The position numbers and the translations under genes were made by a program. DNA of 64,000 nucleotides from the human T2T-CHM13v2.0 reference genome, Homo sapiens. The notes beneath the pieces are model-generated. The model saw only the letters and a list, made by a program, of their open reading frames with translations, was not told the DNA's origin and ran no database searches. Positions 40,523 through 54,485 of the stretch are shown here, in pieces (the stretch's first letter is position 1; each line of letters begins with the position of its first letter). The DNA is taken from NCBI RefSeq assembly GCF_009914755.1, contig NC_060927.1; one strand, given 5' to 3'.

Positions 40523-41322
40523 AATTTAACTTATTTTTAAGACATATGTTAATAGAAGATTTTCTCCTCTTTAGAGTCTTCCACCATGCCTCTGCAATAA
40601 GCTGGCTTGGTGATGTCTTGATATACTTTATATTTTTACCCACTACATTCATGGTTAATCCAGTAAAGGTTCACAAGCATAGGAGGGAGAAGTCTGGGGG
40701 ATGAGGGTGGGAGGAAGGTCCCTTTCTCTCTAGCAGTGCTCCTCTCTACTTCTGAGATCTGTTCCCAGTGGACCTCTACTCTCTGCTTCCTGTATCTGGC
40801 AGTCATTTCCAGGAGAGCAGAGCCATCCAGGGCAGTTCCATAATTTTGTGCCCATTTCCCACTCATTTCTGACAGAACCTTTCATTTTATTGACAACACA
40901 TGATTGTTTTTACTGTTCCTCCCTCCAGCTTCAACAAAGGTGGAGGGGGTGGGTCAATATTTTATATAGGTATTTACTTAGCATTAACTCTTCAAACTGT
41001 CATGTTATTTTAAACTTTAGTTTCATTTTTTAAAAATCTATGACATACCCTAATTGAAGGTGACAAAAAAAAAAAAATCATGGATAATCCAGAGGATGGA
41101 AGGCATTGGGGCTAGTGGCTCTACTCCCCAAGGTTTTGTAAGGATGGAGGTTTTAAAAAAAATGAGTCTATATCTGTGGATGGAAGGAAAAAATAATTTT
41201 AAAAAATGATAACTCTGTCCTATTCTTTCAGGGTCAAATTCCAGAAAAATCATACTTTGGAAATTCTTTTCTTTCTCTTTTCCTCCCCCCGCCGCCCCAC
41301 CCCCACCCCCAACACACACACA

Positions 41323-42560
<1,238 letters not shown>

Positions 42561-42584
42561 AACCAAGCCCATGTTTCAATTGTA

Positions 42585-42653
42585 TATGTTGGTGCAATAG
42601 TAATTACGGTTTTGCCATTTTAATAGCAACGCAATTACTATTGCACCAACCTA
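42585..42653. mobile_element. MADE1 mariner-derived MITE
   Basis: GTTGGTGCAA-AGTAATT-CGGTTTTGCCATT...AATTAC-TTGCACCAACCTA terminal inverted repeats, ~70 bp. Confidence 0.88.
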
Positions 42654-43924
42654 CTATAAATGCATTATTAGAAATGAATCCAGGTAAGTAAGATGAGACT
42701 ACTGGAAAGTAAATGATTGAATTCCTTGTCACTCTAAGAAAAAATGTAATAGTAAGTCTGTAATTGTACACACACAGCAGAGGTCTGAATAGTAGACCCT
42801 GAGTTCACCCATGTCTAAAAGGAAATCCAATGATAAGTAAACATATCATTACATATTACTGTTTCAACACAGGCAGGCTTCCAGTGACAACTGAAGAGAC
42901 AAGTGGAATTATCAGTGGCCTACCTGAGGCTACTGAAGAATGATACACCTGATGTTTAAATTAGTTCTCATTTTACTAGACTCTGTATCCTCTCTGGGGA
43001 GCATGGTTTTCATTATTTAAATTTCAGGTTCTTTAATCTTAAAATCACAATTGGCATCATTCCATTAATTTCTTCAGCAATCACCAGTAGACCACAGGAA
43101 TTTAATACCTTGCCACCAAAACTTAGGCAAATTAAGTCCCCAGCTAGAAGGAGCTACACTCAATACACAGAAAGACAAATGTTAAGGTGACCAGCAAGTG
43201 TAAAAAGCAGGCAGAGAAGGGATAAGTCGTCATGCTTGTTGCCATTATGGAGAGGGTATAACCTTAAGAAGTTGCTAATCACATTTCTATTGATGGCAGG
43301 GAGGAGCACCTGACTTTATGCATGAGCTGTTCATGTAGTTAAATGACTGTTATAAAACATGACCTCTCTGTTATATGAGTACACACACTCTGAACTGGTT
43401 GTTCTCTTCATTAGAAATACAGTCACTCTGTAAATGATTTGTAATGAACACTTAGGCATACGCTGCCTGGTACATCTCCTGATAGCCCTGGCCTGGAAAT
43501 TCTGCTGCTGACTCTGTTGAGAATTAGTCCTGAGACTTTGGGCAAACATAGTTTTCTCATCTTTAAAGTGAGGGAGTCTGACCCTTGCAGGTCTAAAATT
43601 ATTTGTCTCTGGTCATAAACATATCTCGAACTTCAGACTCATTTTTGGTTCTTATTTCTTCTTTTTGTGTTAATCACCAAGTTCTGTTGGTCCTTCCTTC
43701 TAGGAAGGAAATTGTTTTTGAATCTCCCTGTTCTGTCTATTCTCACAGCTACACATCTGCTGTTACATCATGGTTGGACCATTATAGTAGCCTCCCAAAT
43801 GGTCTCCTTGTCTCTATTTTCTCCCATCCTTATTTGTCCTGGGAAATCTCTCAATCTTTTTGAAATACCAATTTCCCTACCTCACTTTTTTGAATAAAAA
43901 CTTTGGAGATAAAAAATAGAGATT

Positions 43925-43959
43925 GTGACTTCTTGGCCTTTTGACTAAGATCAAGTGTA
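43925..43959 (+). pseudogene. 3'-truncated U2 snRNA retrocopy (first ~35 nt)
   Basis: cttcttggccttttgactaagatcaagtgta matches the U2 5' end. Direct repeat atagagatt at 43916-43924 and 43964-43972. Confidence 0.82.
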
Positions 43960-46129
43960 AAGGATAGAGATTAAATATCTTTTGGCAGTTGAGGCTTTCC
44001 ACAATCTAAATTTACCTTGTCTTCTGTTTCCTTGTGACATTACCACCTCACCTTATTCCCCACTGTGTTTCTGCCTGAACCAAGACCAACTGGACCTGTC
44101 TGCTCACTAACAAACATGTTATTTACTTTCCCTCCTTCTATTTCTCAACCCTGCAAATTCTTACTACTCCTCCTTGTTAATCAAATCCTAGCAACTTTTT
44201 TGAGACTTGGGATGTTCTACGTTTTGCCGAAAGCCTTCCCCCACCTAATCTAACTTATGCTAATTTTCTCCTTTCTCAGAGCCTCTCCTAGCATTTATGA
44301 CCTCTGGTATGTATTTTGACATGTTTCCTTACTATTAAACGTTATTACTGATCTTATCATGGGTGTATGTCTGGACAAAAATAAGACCATTTTACATTTA
44401 TTTTGCATCCTCTACAGCACCTGGTAGACACTGTGTGTATGTTAAGCACATAATCAGCACCCGTGGACTGAATTTGCCCACTTGTTTCCTAGTGCCTTTC
44501 AAAGACAACCTGGTTTTGCCTTTTCTTTTCCATTCAGGAGCTAATTCTATCCTCACGTGTCTGTCCTACCAATACAGCCCTCTCTCCCTAATAGAGGGTC
44601 CAGGGCCCCCATTTATCCTGTTCTCTTTGCAGCACTTTGTAGCAGATCAGCTGTGTTTCCACATTTGTTCTTTGTTTTCTTACAGTGGGCTACTTAAATA
44701 GTCCATAACTTCTGCTCCATACAGGCACGGGCTGCAGAACAAGAGGCCTGTTGGAATTGCCATAACCAAAGAGATTGTGTATATTGTGGGGGCTGGGGAG
44801 TGGGTAGAAACTCACAGAAAGCAGTATGGTGAAGGGTTTTGGTGTCTGGTATACACGCAGGCTCTGGGACAGTTTTGGAGATAGGTCTGGAAATTGGGTA
44901 TATGTGACGGAGATGTATGGCCAAAGGCAATTTCATAAACAACTATAAAGTCAACAAACCCACAAATTTGCTTTTAGAGCTAAAGTTAATATTATGCAGT
45001 TCAGTCTCTCTTTTTTACACACAAGAAAACTAAGGTCCAAAGAGGTACTTGCAAATAGTAGATAATAAATATTAGCTGATTGCAAATAATCTAATCAAGT
45101 CAGTCTTTAGACAGATTCATTCTTTATGGTATTTAATGTCAGAACGAACTAGTCTTGGTTTTAGTCAGCAATTCAAGACTAAATCATACTTGTCAGCATG
45201 ATAACTAAACAGGACCCATCAAGGGAATCTGGCTTTGCTGACACCTTGATTTCAGACCAGTGAACCTGACTTAGGACATCTGACCTCCAGAACTATAAGA
45301 AAATAAATGTGTGTTGTTTTAAGCCATCAAGCTTCCTGTAACTTGTTACAGCAGCCCTAGAAAATATACAGTGACCTTAGAGATTCTTCAAGTAAAGGTA
45401 AACTTCAGTAATATCTTTATCTCAATAGCACTGGAAAATCAGATAAGCCATATTAATTATGTTTTTTAATGTTATCAGATGTGGGCCACCAGCCTTAAGC
45501 CAGAGGGAGCTTTGTAAGACAGGAACATATAAAATGATAAAAGCTTCTCTACGTACAGTTTTCCTGACTCTGATTCTGCGTGGGACAACCAGTGAAAATT
45601 GCAGGTGAAGAGAAGAAATGCGTATTTATTCCTCCACTGGGAAAAAAAATACCATCCAAAGCTACATGACTTGAGGTAAATTAATTTGCTTATTTAGGCA
45701 ATTATTTAAGCTCAGTTTACTCACCAATAAAATGATAACACCTACCACAAAAAATTGTTAGCACATAAAATGATTATAGATTAATTCATGTATTTTCCAG
45801 TCCTTGGAAATGCAGATTCCCTATGTGGTGTTGGTCAATGGTTAATGCCTGTTGTTCTGGCCAGGGATTTTTGATCTGCCAGCTGTGAACAGTTTGTCTT
45901 CATTCATTCATCTTTAAATTCTTACTTATTAATTGACAACTAAGTACCAGGTTCTATTCTAGGCATTGGGAATGTTTCTTTAAAAGTTTCTAAAAAAAAA
46001 AATAAAATAAAAGGTTGGATCTCTGAGATATATTATTAAGTGAACCAAAGGAAGTTCCAACACAACATGTATAGTATGATACCTTTTGTATAACATTATG
46101 TATATATCATATAGAGATATGTATATATC

Positions 46130-46790
<661 letters not shown>

Positions 46791-48720
46791 AAATTTTTAA
46801 AGACATTGAAAATACAAGCCTGCATTGTTTATCATTAGATTCAACAGACATCAAATTATTCTGTCAACATGCCATAAAAGTTTCTAAACGTTTACTCTCA
46901 ATTCTTCACTTACCTCGTTGAAGATGGGTAATAAGTTCAGAGTCAGGTGCCAGTCCTTGGGCCACAGGCCACTTTTTGAATGGCATTAAATATATATAAA
47001 TTAATATATATGTAAATTAATATATATGTAAATTAATATATATGTATAAAAATATATTAATTTATGTCCCTGCAGACATGCCCTATATTCTACCCCTAGG
47101 ATTTTCAGTTACATGAATACATAACTCCTTTTTATTTATTTAATCTTAAATCCAACTTAATGGAAAGACTGATAAAAGGAATATTGTGGTACGCTAGAAT
47201 GTGGAGTCTATAGATACACACACACACATATTACACTGAACATATATGACTTATAGAATTGCCATGCCTTGAAAAAGAATTTTGACTCAGTCTGGTAATA
47301 ATAGAAACAGATACAATGCACAGAAGGGGTTCAGAGGATGGAGGAATTTTTTTTGACAAGGTAACAAAAAGGAGGTAATATGTGGTCTAGGTTTTAAAGA
47401 CTACATTCATAAACATTGGTCAGAAGGATAAGTGTGGAAGACCATTTTAGGCAGAGGGAAAACAGGTGCCAAGATGGGGAGGTATGAGATCGCTGGGTGC
47501 ATTGAGAAATACAGTGAACATCTGTGTTTCAGCCTGCCCAGTGCCCAGTCTCCCTTCCTCAGTTCTCCCTTGAGGACCTGCAACTTCTCCATTCTCAGCA
47601 AAAGTGGTTTGGGTAGGACTAACCTCTTTCCTACTTTGTGAACTAATCTGAGTCTCCCATCGCCCTTCCCTCCCACACAGCGATTGGTTCTGAATGTCTG
47701 TCATGTCCAGAACTCTTGCTGGAACACTTGCAAGGGGAGGAGAGAGAAGTGCTTGTTCTTGCTGGGATTACTGAGAGGAGGATTTAAGCACAGAGCTACT
47801 GAGTGCCATCTTGACACAAAAGAGAACCAGCTGGAGAATGGAACCAGCAGAGAAAAGAGCAGAGACCAGAGCTAGAAACAGAATCCAATCACTTAGTTTA
47901 TTTCCCTGCAGCCATGCCCTGTATTCTACTGCTGGGATTTTCAGTTACACGAACACTTAACTCCTTTTTACTTATTTAATCTTAAACCCATCTTAATGGA
48001 AAGACTGACACAAGAAATACTGTGGTGTGCTAGAATGTGGTGCATACGTGTGTATACTAGGGACTAATGTGGCTGAAGAGGTGGGCGAGGGCAGGCATGT
48101 CAGGCATGTGAAGGGCTGAGGAACAGACCCTCATTTTAGGGGACTCTCAGAAACTCTGGAGGGTTTAAAGCAGTGTTTACCTCAACAAGAAAATCAAGAG
48201 CTATAAATCAGAAACTGTAATATTAAGAACATTTAGTTTTTCAAGCTTTTCTAGTAGTTCATTTCTTTTTATTGTTTGTCTCTAATAATTACAAAACTTG
48301 AAAACAGGAGAAGGAGGGCTACAGAAGTAGCTGGGGCTGGAGCAGTGACTTCAGGGACTGGAGATAGCCCTGTACAATTAAAAATAGAAAGGACCTAGCA
48401 AGTCCCTGGAAATGACATTTTTAAAATGATTCCATTTTCCTCTTAAGGATTAAGTTGTAATTTTATTTTGAGCAATGAAGTGGCTGACCCCTTTTAGTAA
48501 TGTTTTCTATTTCATAATAAACATTCAACAGAAATAGAATTTCAAGAGGAAACTTTTATAAATAATGAGAATCAGCTATTCCGAAGCTCCCTACACATTT
48601 TAATTAGTTTTCTCCCAGGAACACATTCATTAACTATTTTGAACACTATAAAACAAAAGTAAACCAGCACCACATCAAGTTCCCTGCGTATAGCTGTCAT
48701 GTCTGTTTAAATTCTATAGC

Positions 48721-48723
<3 letters not shown>

Positions 48724-48765
<42 letters not shown>
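48724..48765. repeat. (TG)n microsatellite, ~20 units
   Basis: Direct observation. Confidence 0.96.
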
Positions 48766-48766
<1 letters not shown>

Positions 48767-49861
48767 TTGTGATATTTTTCACAATTCCAGGCCAACTACT
48801 TTGAAGCATGTTCCTAAATTTGGATGTGTCTGATTATTTCCTCATGATTAGATTCAGGTTAAAGATTTTTCAAGGAATACTCCATAGGTAATGTTGTATC
48901 TCCATGCTTCACATCTAGGGGCACACGATGCCCAATTTTTTGTTCAATTATTGGCTACTTTTTATCATTTGTTAAGGTGGTATCCATCAGATTTCTCCAT
49001 TGTAAAAGTACCTTAACACCCTTGCAATTAATAAGTAATCCATGGGATTATTCTTCCACAGTAAATAGCATTCTAACAAATATCAGTATCAAAGAAAAAT
49101 GGCCCATAATGAAATTTTGTACAGTTAGAATGACTCTAACAAATCTCTACTGAGTATTCACTAAACTATGTTATGCTAGGCACTAAGACCAAAGTGATGA
49201 ACAAATAGAGTACATGGAATGCTACATGAAAGGGTAGAATGCTACAGGAGCATACAGGAGAGGAACAAAGACCATTACATGTGAAGAAATGGAAGTTCAG
49301 AGATGTGAAAGGACTCGACCAAGATTTTAGATCCAGTAGCAGAGTGAAATTAGAACGGTGGTTTTTCTGATGCCCAGTCCAGTGTTCTTTCCATGACCAC
49401 ACACAAGGGCTCTACTGTAATGTTGGTTCTCTGGAACAAGTATAGCATTTGTTACCACAGTGAAAACAATGATACCTTAGTACTAAAAGAACAAGCTTTC
49501 TCCAGATCTACCACAAGGTGCTTTAGAGGGAATTTCGATTTAAACTATGTGCATTGTAACATTGAAGTCACTGGAGACCTAGTCTAGTTTTGCCTCAGGG
49601 AACTGTTTCTTTATAGTGTCACTGTCACACACACATGCACATACACACGCAGGCACATGCATACAGCACATAACTGGATATTGCTTATCAGCCCCATCTT
49701 AAAAATAGCACAGAACAAGACTTTTATTTTCAGCAATCAGGAAACGTTCAGAGGTATCTACATCCTAGTCTTGAGAGTCGACTTATATTTGATACCTGAT
49801 TTTTATAGTTTTCACAGCATTTTCATATACTATCACTGGACTCTCAAAAACAACACAGTTA

Positions 49862-50296
49862 AGGCAGGTGTGATTGGGCACAGCTGTAGTACCAGGTACT
49901 CAGGAGACTAAGGCGAGAGGATAACTTGATCCCAGGAGTTCAAGTCCAGCCTGGGCAACATAAGGAGACCTCATCTCTTAAAAAACACCTGAACTGGCCA
50001 GACGCGGTGGCTCACGCCTGTAATCCCAGCGCTTTGGGAGGCCGAGGTGGCTGGATCACCTGAGGTCAGGAGTTGGAGACCAGCGTGACCAACATGGTGA
50101 AACCCCGTTTGCGGTGTTAGCCAGGTGTGGTGCCGCATGCCTCTAATCCCAGCTACTTCAGGAGGCTGAGGCAGGAGACTCACTTGAACCCAGAAGGCGC
50201 AGGTTGCAGTGAGCCAAGATCGCGCCCATTGCACTCCAGCCTGGGTGACAAGAGCAAAACGCTGCCTCAAAAAAATACAAAAAACACAAAAAAAAA
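49862..50296 (+). mobile_element. Alu monomer followed by AluS (49996-50296)
   Basis: Alu consensus. Confidence 0.87.
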
Positions 50297-50457
50297 CCCC
50301 ACCTGAATTATTTCTTAAGGTGGGAAAGAGGGATCAGTGTAAAATGTTGGCTGGATTACTGTCTTGCCTTTAGATATAAAAATATCTAGTGTATACTTAA
50401 TTTTCAGAATTACAAAATTAGGGAATGATCAAACGTATATATATATTTTATTTTTCA

Positions 50458-50582
50458 AAAGCCTGCGGCACCCAGTGTTTCAAGGTGGTCTCGCATTCAA
50501 GGACTAGCTAAGCAGGTCAGACCCTGCTTAGCTTCCAAGATCAGAGAAGACAGGGCAAGTTCAGGGTGGTGTGGCTGTGGAC
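50458..50582 (-). pseudogene. 5S rRNA pseudogene
   Basis: Reverse complement GTCCACAGCCACACCACCCTGAAC...GAAGCTAAGCAGGGTC...GAGACCACC...GGTGCCGCAGGCTTT aligns end to end with 5S rRNA, with many substitutions. Confidence 0.9.
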
Positions 50583-50872
50583 CATGTTTTTATACCTATA
50601 ATTTATTTATATTCATTCACTCAATCCTGCTGTATGCAGGACGATCTCAGCTTCAAACTCAAAAGCTGGATCTGGTGGTCAGCTCTTTCAGGCACTGTTT
50701 TGTCATGGGATTTAAAGATCTCTTGTGCTTAGTTTTGGATCTGTAAACATAAATCCCAACCTGGATTCTTCCCTGGGCTGACGGAGTTCAGGGAGAAAGG
50801 TAGCAGTAGATAAGTCATATGCTGGAAAAGCTTGGACTCTACCCTGTCATGAAAACTTTCAGGAACATTTCT

Positions 50873-51000
50873 TATTTCTTTTTAGAGACAAGGTCTCACT
50901 ATGTTGCCCAGGCTGGCCTCGAACTCCCGGGCTTCAGCAGTCCTCCCGCCTCACCCTCCGATGTAGCTAGGACTACAGGACCGCGACCCGGCGCTGCCTA
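50873..51000 (-). mobile_element. Alu monomer
   Basis: Antisense Alu arm. Confidence 0.8.
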
Positions 51001-51149
51001 AGAACTGTTTTTAAACGTGAAAGCCACGGCTATCATTTGCTTTTTGCTCTGCTCTTCATCTTCTGGATAAACCTCGTAACACACTGCTTGTTTTGGGGTA
51101 AGTGAATTTAAGTATTATTATGGCATTTCCAATTTTCACGGAAGGACTC

Positions 51150-52450
51150 TGGCGATATCATAATCGTCACAAGCCCTGAAACGGCCATCAGAGGTCAAGC
51201 AGGGAGGTGGGTTTTCTGGAGGGCTTAACTGTGGGGTAAGTGACTGGAGGGGGCTGATCAGTTTCCCCTTTCCCTTTTCCCGGAGCTCAGTGGTAGTCTG
51301 CTGCCTACGCCCCGTCAGACAAGTGGCCTGAGTCCCCCGCAACCCCTGCAGGTCCGGCCGCCGGCGCCAAGCCTCAAGGCATCCAAGCCAGGAACGATCG
51401 CGGTCAGCTCTGCCACGGAACATGTGCAAGACCCGGCAGCAGGTTCCGGGGGAGGCGAATTGATTTCACAACGGTCGAGAAGGAGGACCCCGCCCACTTC
51501 GTCATTTCTCGGAAGCCCAGGGACTCGCCGGAAGAGCGGCTCAAAAGCCGGAAAACTGGCAAATCCGAGTCTCCCGGCGCATGCGCGGCGCAATCGGCTT
51601 CGCGTGGTTGCAGTAGAGAGGATCCCTCCGCCAGCCACTGCATCCGGCGGCCGGATCTAACTTACCCGCTAGCGTTTTACCCTTGCGCGGCCGTGGCGTA
51701 GGGCGGTCTTTTCCCTTGGTCCTCCGCGGCGCCGCCTCTTGTGACGTAAGCCGCAGAATCCTCTGTCTTAGTTCGGCTCTATTGCCGCGAGCTTGACTCT
51801 TCCTGGGTCTGAGGAAAAGTAAAAGTAATTTTGTCATTTCCTGAAACTTCAAGTTAAACCTTTAAGCTGTTCATTTCCTAAAAGGGTGAAAACGCGGGCA
51901 CCCCTCGAGCTAGTTCATCGCCTTTTAACCTGTGAGTTCTGTTAAAAGGAAGTAACTGCAAAATGTCTTCGCTGTTAGGTTTCTTTGGAAGTTTTGGGTT
52001 GTGTTCATGCGTTCTCTCGGCGTGTGAACTGGGAGAAAGTGGAGTGCCAGCCATATGAAATGACAACTGTATATGGAGGCTGGGAAGTATAATGCGCATT
52101 CTGGCTTGATGAAATTAATGAAATTTTAATTAAGTTTAATTTTCATTTGAATTACCCAGGAATAGCATCTTGAAAGGCGGGGCATAAAAAGCAGTTAAAG
52201 AGCTTCGAGAAACGGTTACTCGTTTTGTAAACTAAAGACCAAATGAAAATCCAGCTGCACTAGAAAAGAAAGAAACTTATAAGGGCCGAAGGTTTTGTCT
52301 GCAATTTACAGCTAATTAGTCTCAAAGATTTCTGTGATTTGCCCAAGAGAGGTGGAGTTGGGGCCACTGCTTTACCCAGGACACCGCCGCGGCCCGCTTG
52401 AATACTGCCGCCGTTAGGACCCGCCGTACCTGGCCGTCCAGGGCCTCTTT
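51150..52450. promoter_or_regulatory. Second CpG island with promoter motifs and no associated coding gene
   Basis: CpG-dense. NRF1 palindrome GCGCATGCGC at 51577-51586, ETS CCGGAAG at 51528-51534, GC box at 51488-51495, CRE-like TGACGTAA at 51742-51749. Confidence 0.78.
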
Positions 52451-52869
52451 TCTTGTCTTCCACTCTCACTTGTCTTTTCTCCCCTTTCCATGTTTTTGGT
52501 TCCTTTCCTGAGTTTCCCTTGTCTCCACTCCCCTGCCCCTTTGCTTCCTCTATCTCTTTAACTTCTGTTTTCTTGATGGTGGAGCCAACTTTAGTTTCCC
52601 TTAAAAGGCCATAAAAGGAAATAGAATAATTTTAAAAATGTCTTTTCATAAGGCTTGTTTTCTTGTCTTAAGCCTGTTTTTTGGTGGGGGGTGAAAAAGT
52701 TCATATGCAGATAGACATAAACTTCTTTTGGTAAAAGCTGCCCTCTATTTTCTTCCATAGCTGTCCTGTGAAAGTAGGAGTGTGTGTGAATGGTGAAGCA
52801 AAGAGAGGGAGACATGGGGTCAGGAGAAGAGGGAGCACAGCGTGTGTAAGGAGTTAATTAGAACCAGAG

Positions 52870-52995
52870 GGCCTGGGTCTGTGGCTCATGCCTGTAATTC
52901 CAGCACTTTGGGAGGCTGAGGCGGAGGACCCTTTGCACCACTGCACTCCAGCCTGAGCAACAGAGTGAGACCCAGTCTCAGAACAAAAAAACAGA
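52870..52995 (+). mobile_element. Internally deleted Alu
   Basis: The Alu 5' end is joined directly to its 3' end (...gaggcggaggaccctttgcaccactgcactccagcc). Confidence 0.8.
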
Positions 52996-53589
52996 AACAG
53001 GAGAAAAACCATCCATATAAGCAGAGAGGTACTTAAAATGTTGCAAAACTAAATTCCAAATAACGTCTGTGGATTCTACAAAATCTAGGAAATACACATT
53101 TCCAATAAATCTTTGTACATTCATCTGTAATGCATTTCCTTAGGTGATTTGAGTCCTTTAGGAGTAAATCTGTATCTTTAGCTGTCCCAGAAGTAATCAC
53201 AGGCGTTCATTGTCTATTCAATGACAAAGTATTGTGAACTATTCTATGAAATAATAAAATATCAGTGTTTTCAGAGTACATGGCCTTTTCAGTAGCCTTT
53301 TCAGTGTGGTGGCACGTGTTCCCAGTTCTGCCAGTGGATATTGTTATCTTTGATCTACAACTGGGAAGCTAAAACCCAGAAAGTTACTTGTCTAAGACTA
53401 TACACCTCCAAGAAGGCAGAACTGTGGCTGCTATTTCCAACTTTCTAGTCTCTGAACATGTAATAAAGAACTGATTTCCAATTTACAATGAATAATAGAA
53501 TTTACAATGAATAATATAATTTACTATAATATAACAACCGACCAAAGTGTGCTGTTTTATTACCAATTTCTCTCTCTCTCTCTCTCTCT

Positions 53590-53883
53590 CTTTCTTTTGT
53601 GACAGAGTCTCGCTCTGTTGCCCAAGCTGGGGTGCAGTGGTGAGGTCTCGGCTGACTGCAACGTCCGCCTCCCAGGTTCAAGCGATTCTAACTGCGTCAG
53701 ACTCCCCAGTAGCTGTGACTACAGGCAGGCGCCACTACACCTGGCTAATTTTTGTATTTTTAGTAGAGATGGGGGCTCACCATGTTGGTCAGGCTGGTCC
53801 CAAATTCCTTGCCTCAAGTGATTTGCCCGCCTCGGCCTCCCAAAGTGTTGGGATTACAGGTGTGAGCCACTGTGCCCACCCCA
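53590..53883 (-). mobile_element. Alu with (TC)n-converted tail
   Basis: Antisense Alu consensus. Confidence 0.88.
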
Positions 53884-54485
53884 ATTTGCTTCTTTGGTGT
53901 TTGTAATTCTGCTTGGTCAACCGTAACTTGCAGAAATTGATTGGAACATATATTTTGATAAAGTATTTGAAGGTATTCCTGAAGTTTGATTTATGTTTCA
54001 GCTGCCTATACTGAAAGAAAATAAACTGCTGTGTATTCCATAATTTAAAAATAATTGTTCACTTTAGTGACATTTTGTAGTTGGATAGTGGAGACAAAAG
54101 ATGATACTCTCTGTGATCTTCAATCTAAACATTTATGTTAGGACAAATTATTCCCATATCTGTATAATGCTATATTTCTTCCCTGACCTCTACAAATCAC
54201 AGAAGCACCGTTATTCGATCTTGTTCTCTTTTTCAAAAAATTCTACCTTCCAAGGTGGTGGTTCTTTAAGTTTATAAGTGAACCATAAAGTAGTTGGAAA
54301 CCTGGATCCCAGGATGGTAGAAACATGAAGCTTGTTTATTCCAAGGACAGTTTTATATATGTATAGGACTTTATTATCCTTACTATATACAGCATTTTAA
54401 TGGGGAGGGGGAACCAGGAGCATTGTTGGGGGTTAATTTAATTTTTGTAGTTTTAAAATACAAACGAATGATTGTATCAGTCTTT

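Noticed and set aside
39951-40652. 233-aa ORF containing keratin sequence
   Set aside because: It is a chance fusion of flanking DNA and out-of-frame pseudogene sequence, entering the KRT18 frame only after a frameshift.
53480-53530. 19-bp tandem repeat aatttacaatgaataat(ag), and the AT-rich repeat at ~46990-47060
   Set aside because: Ordinary low-complexity slippage repeats.
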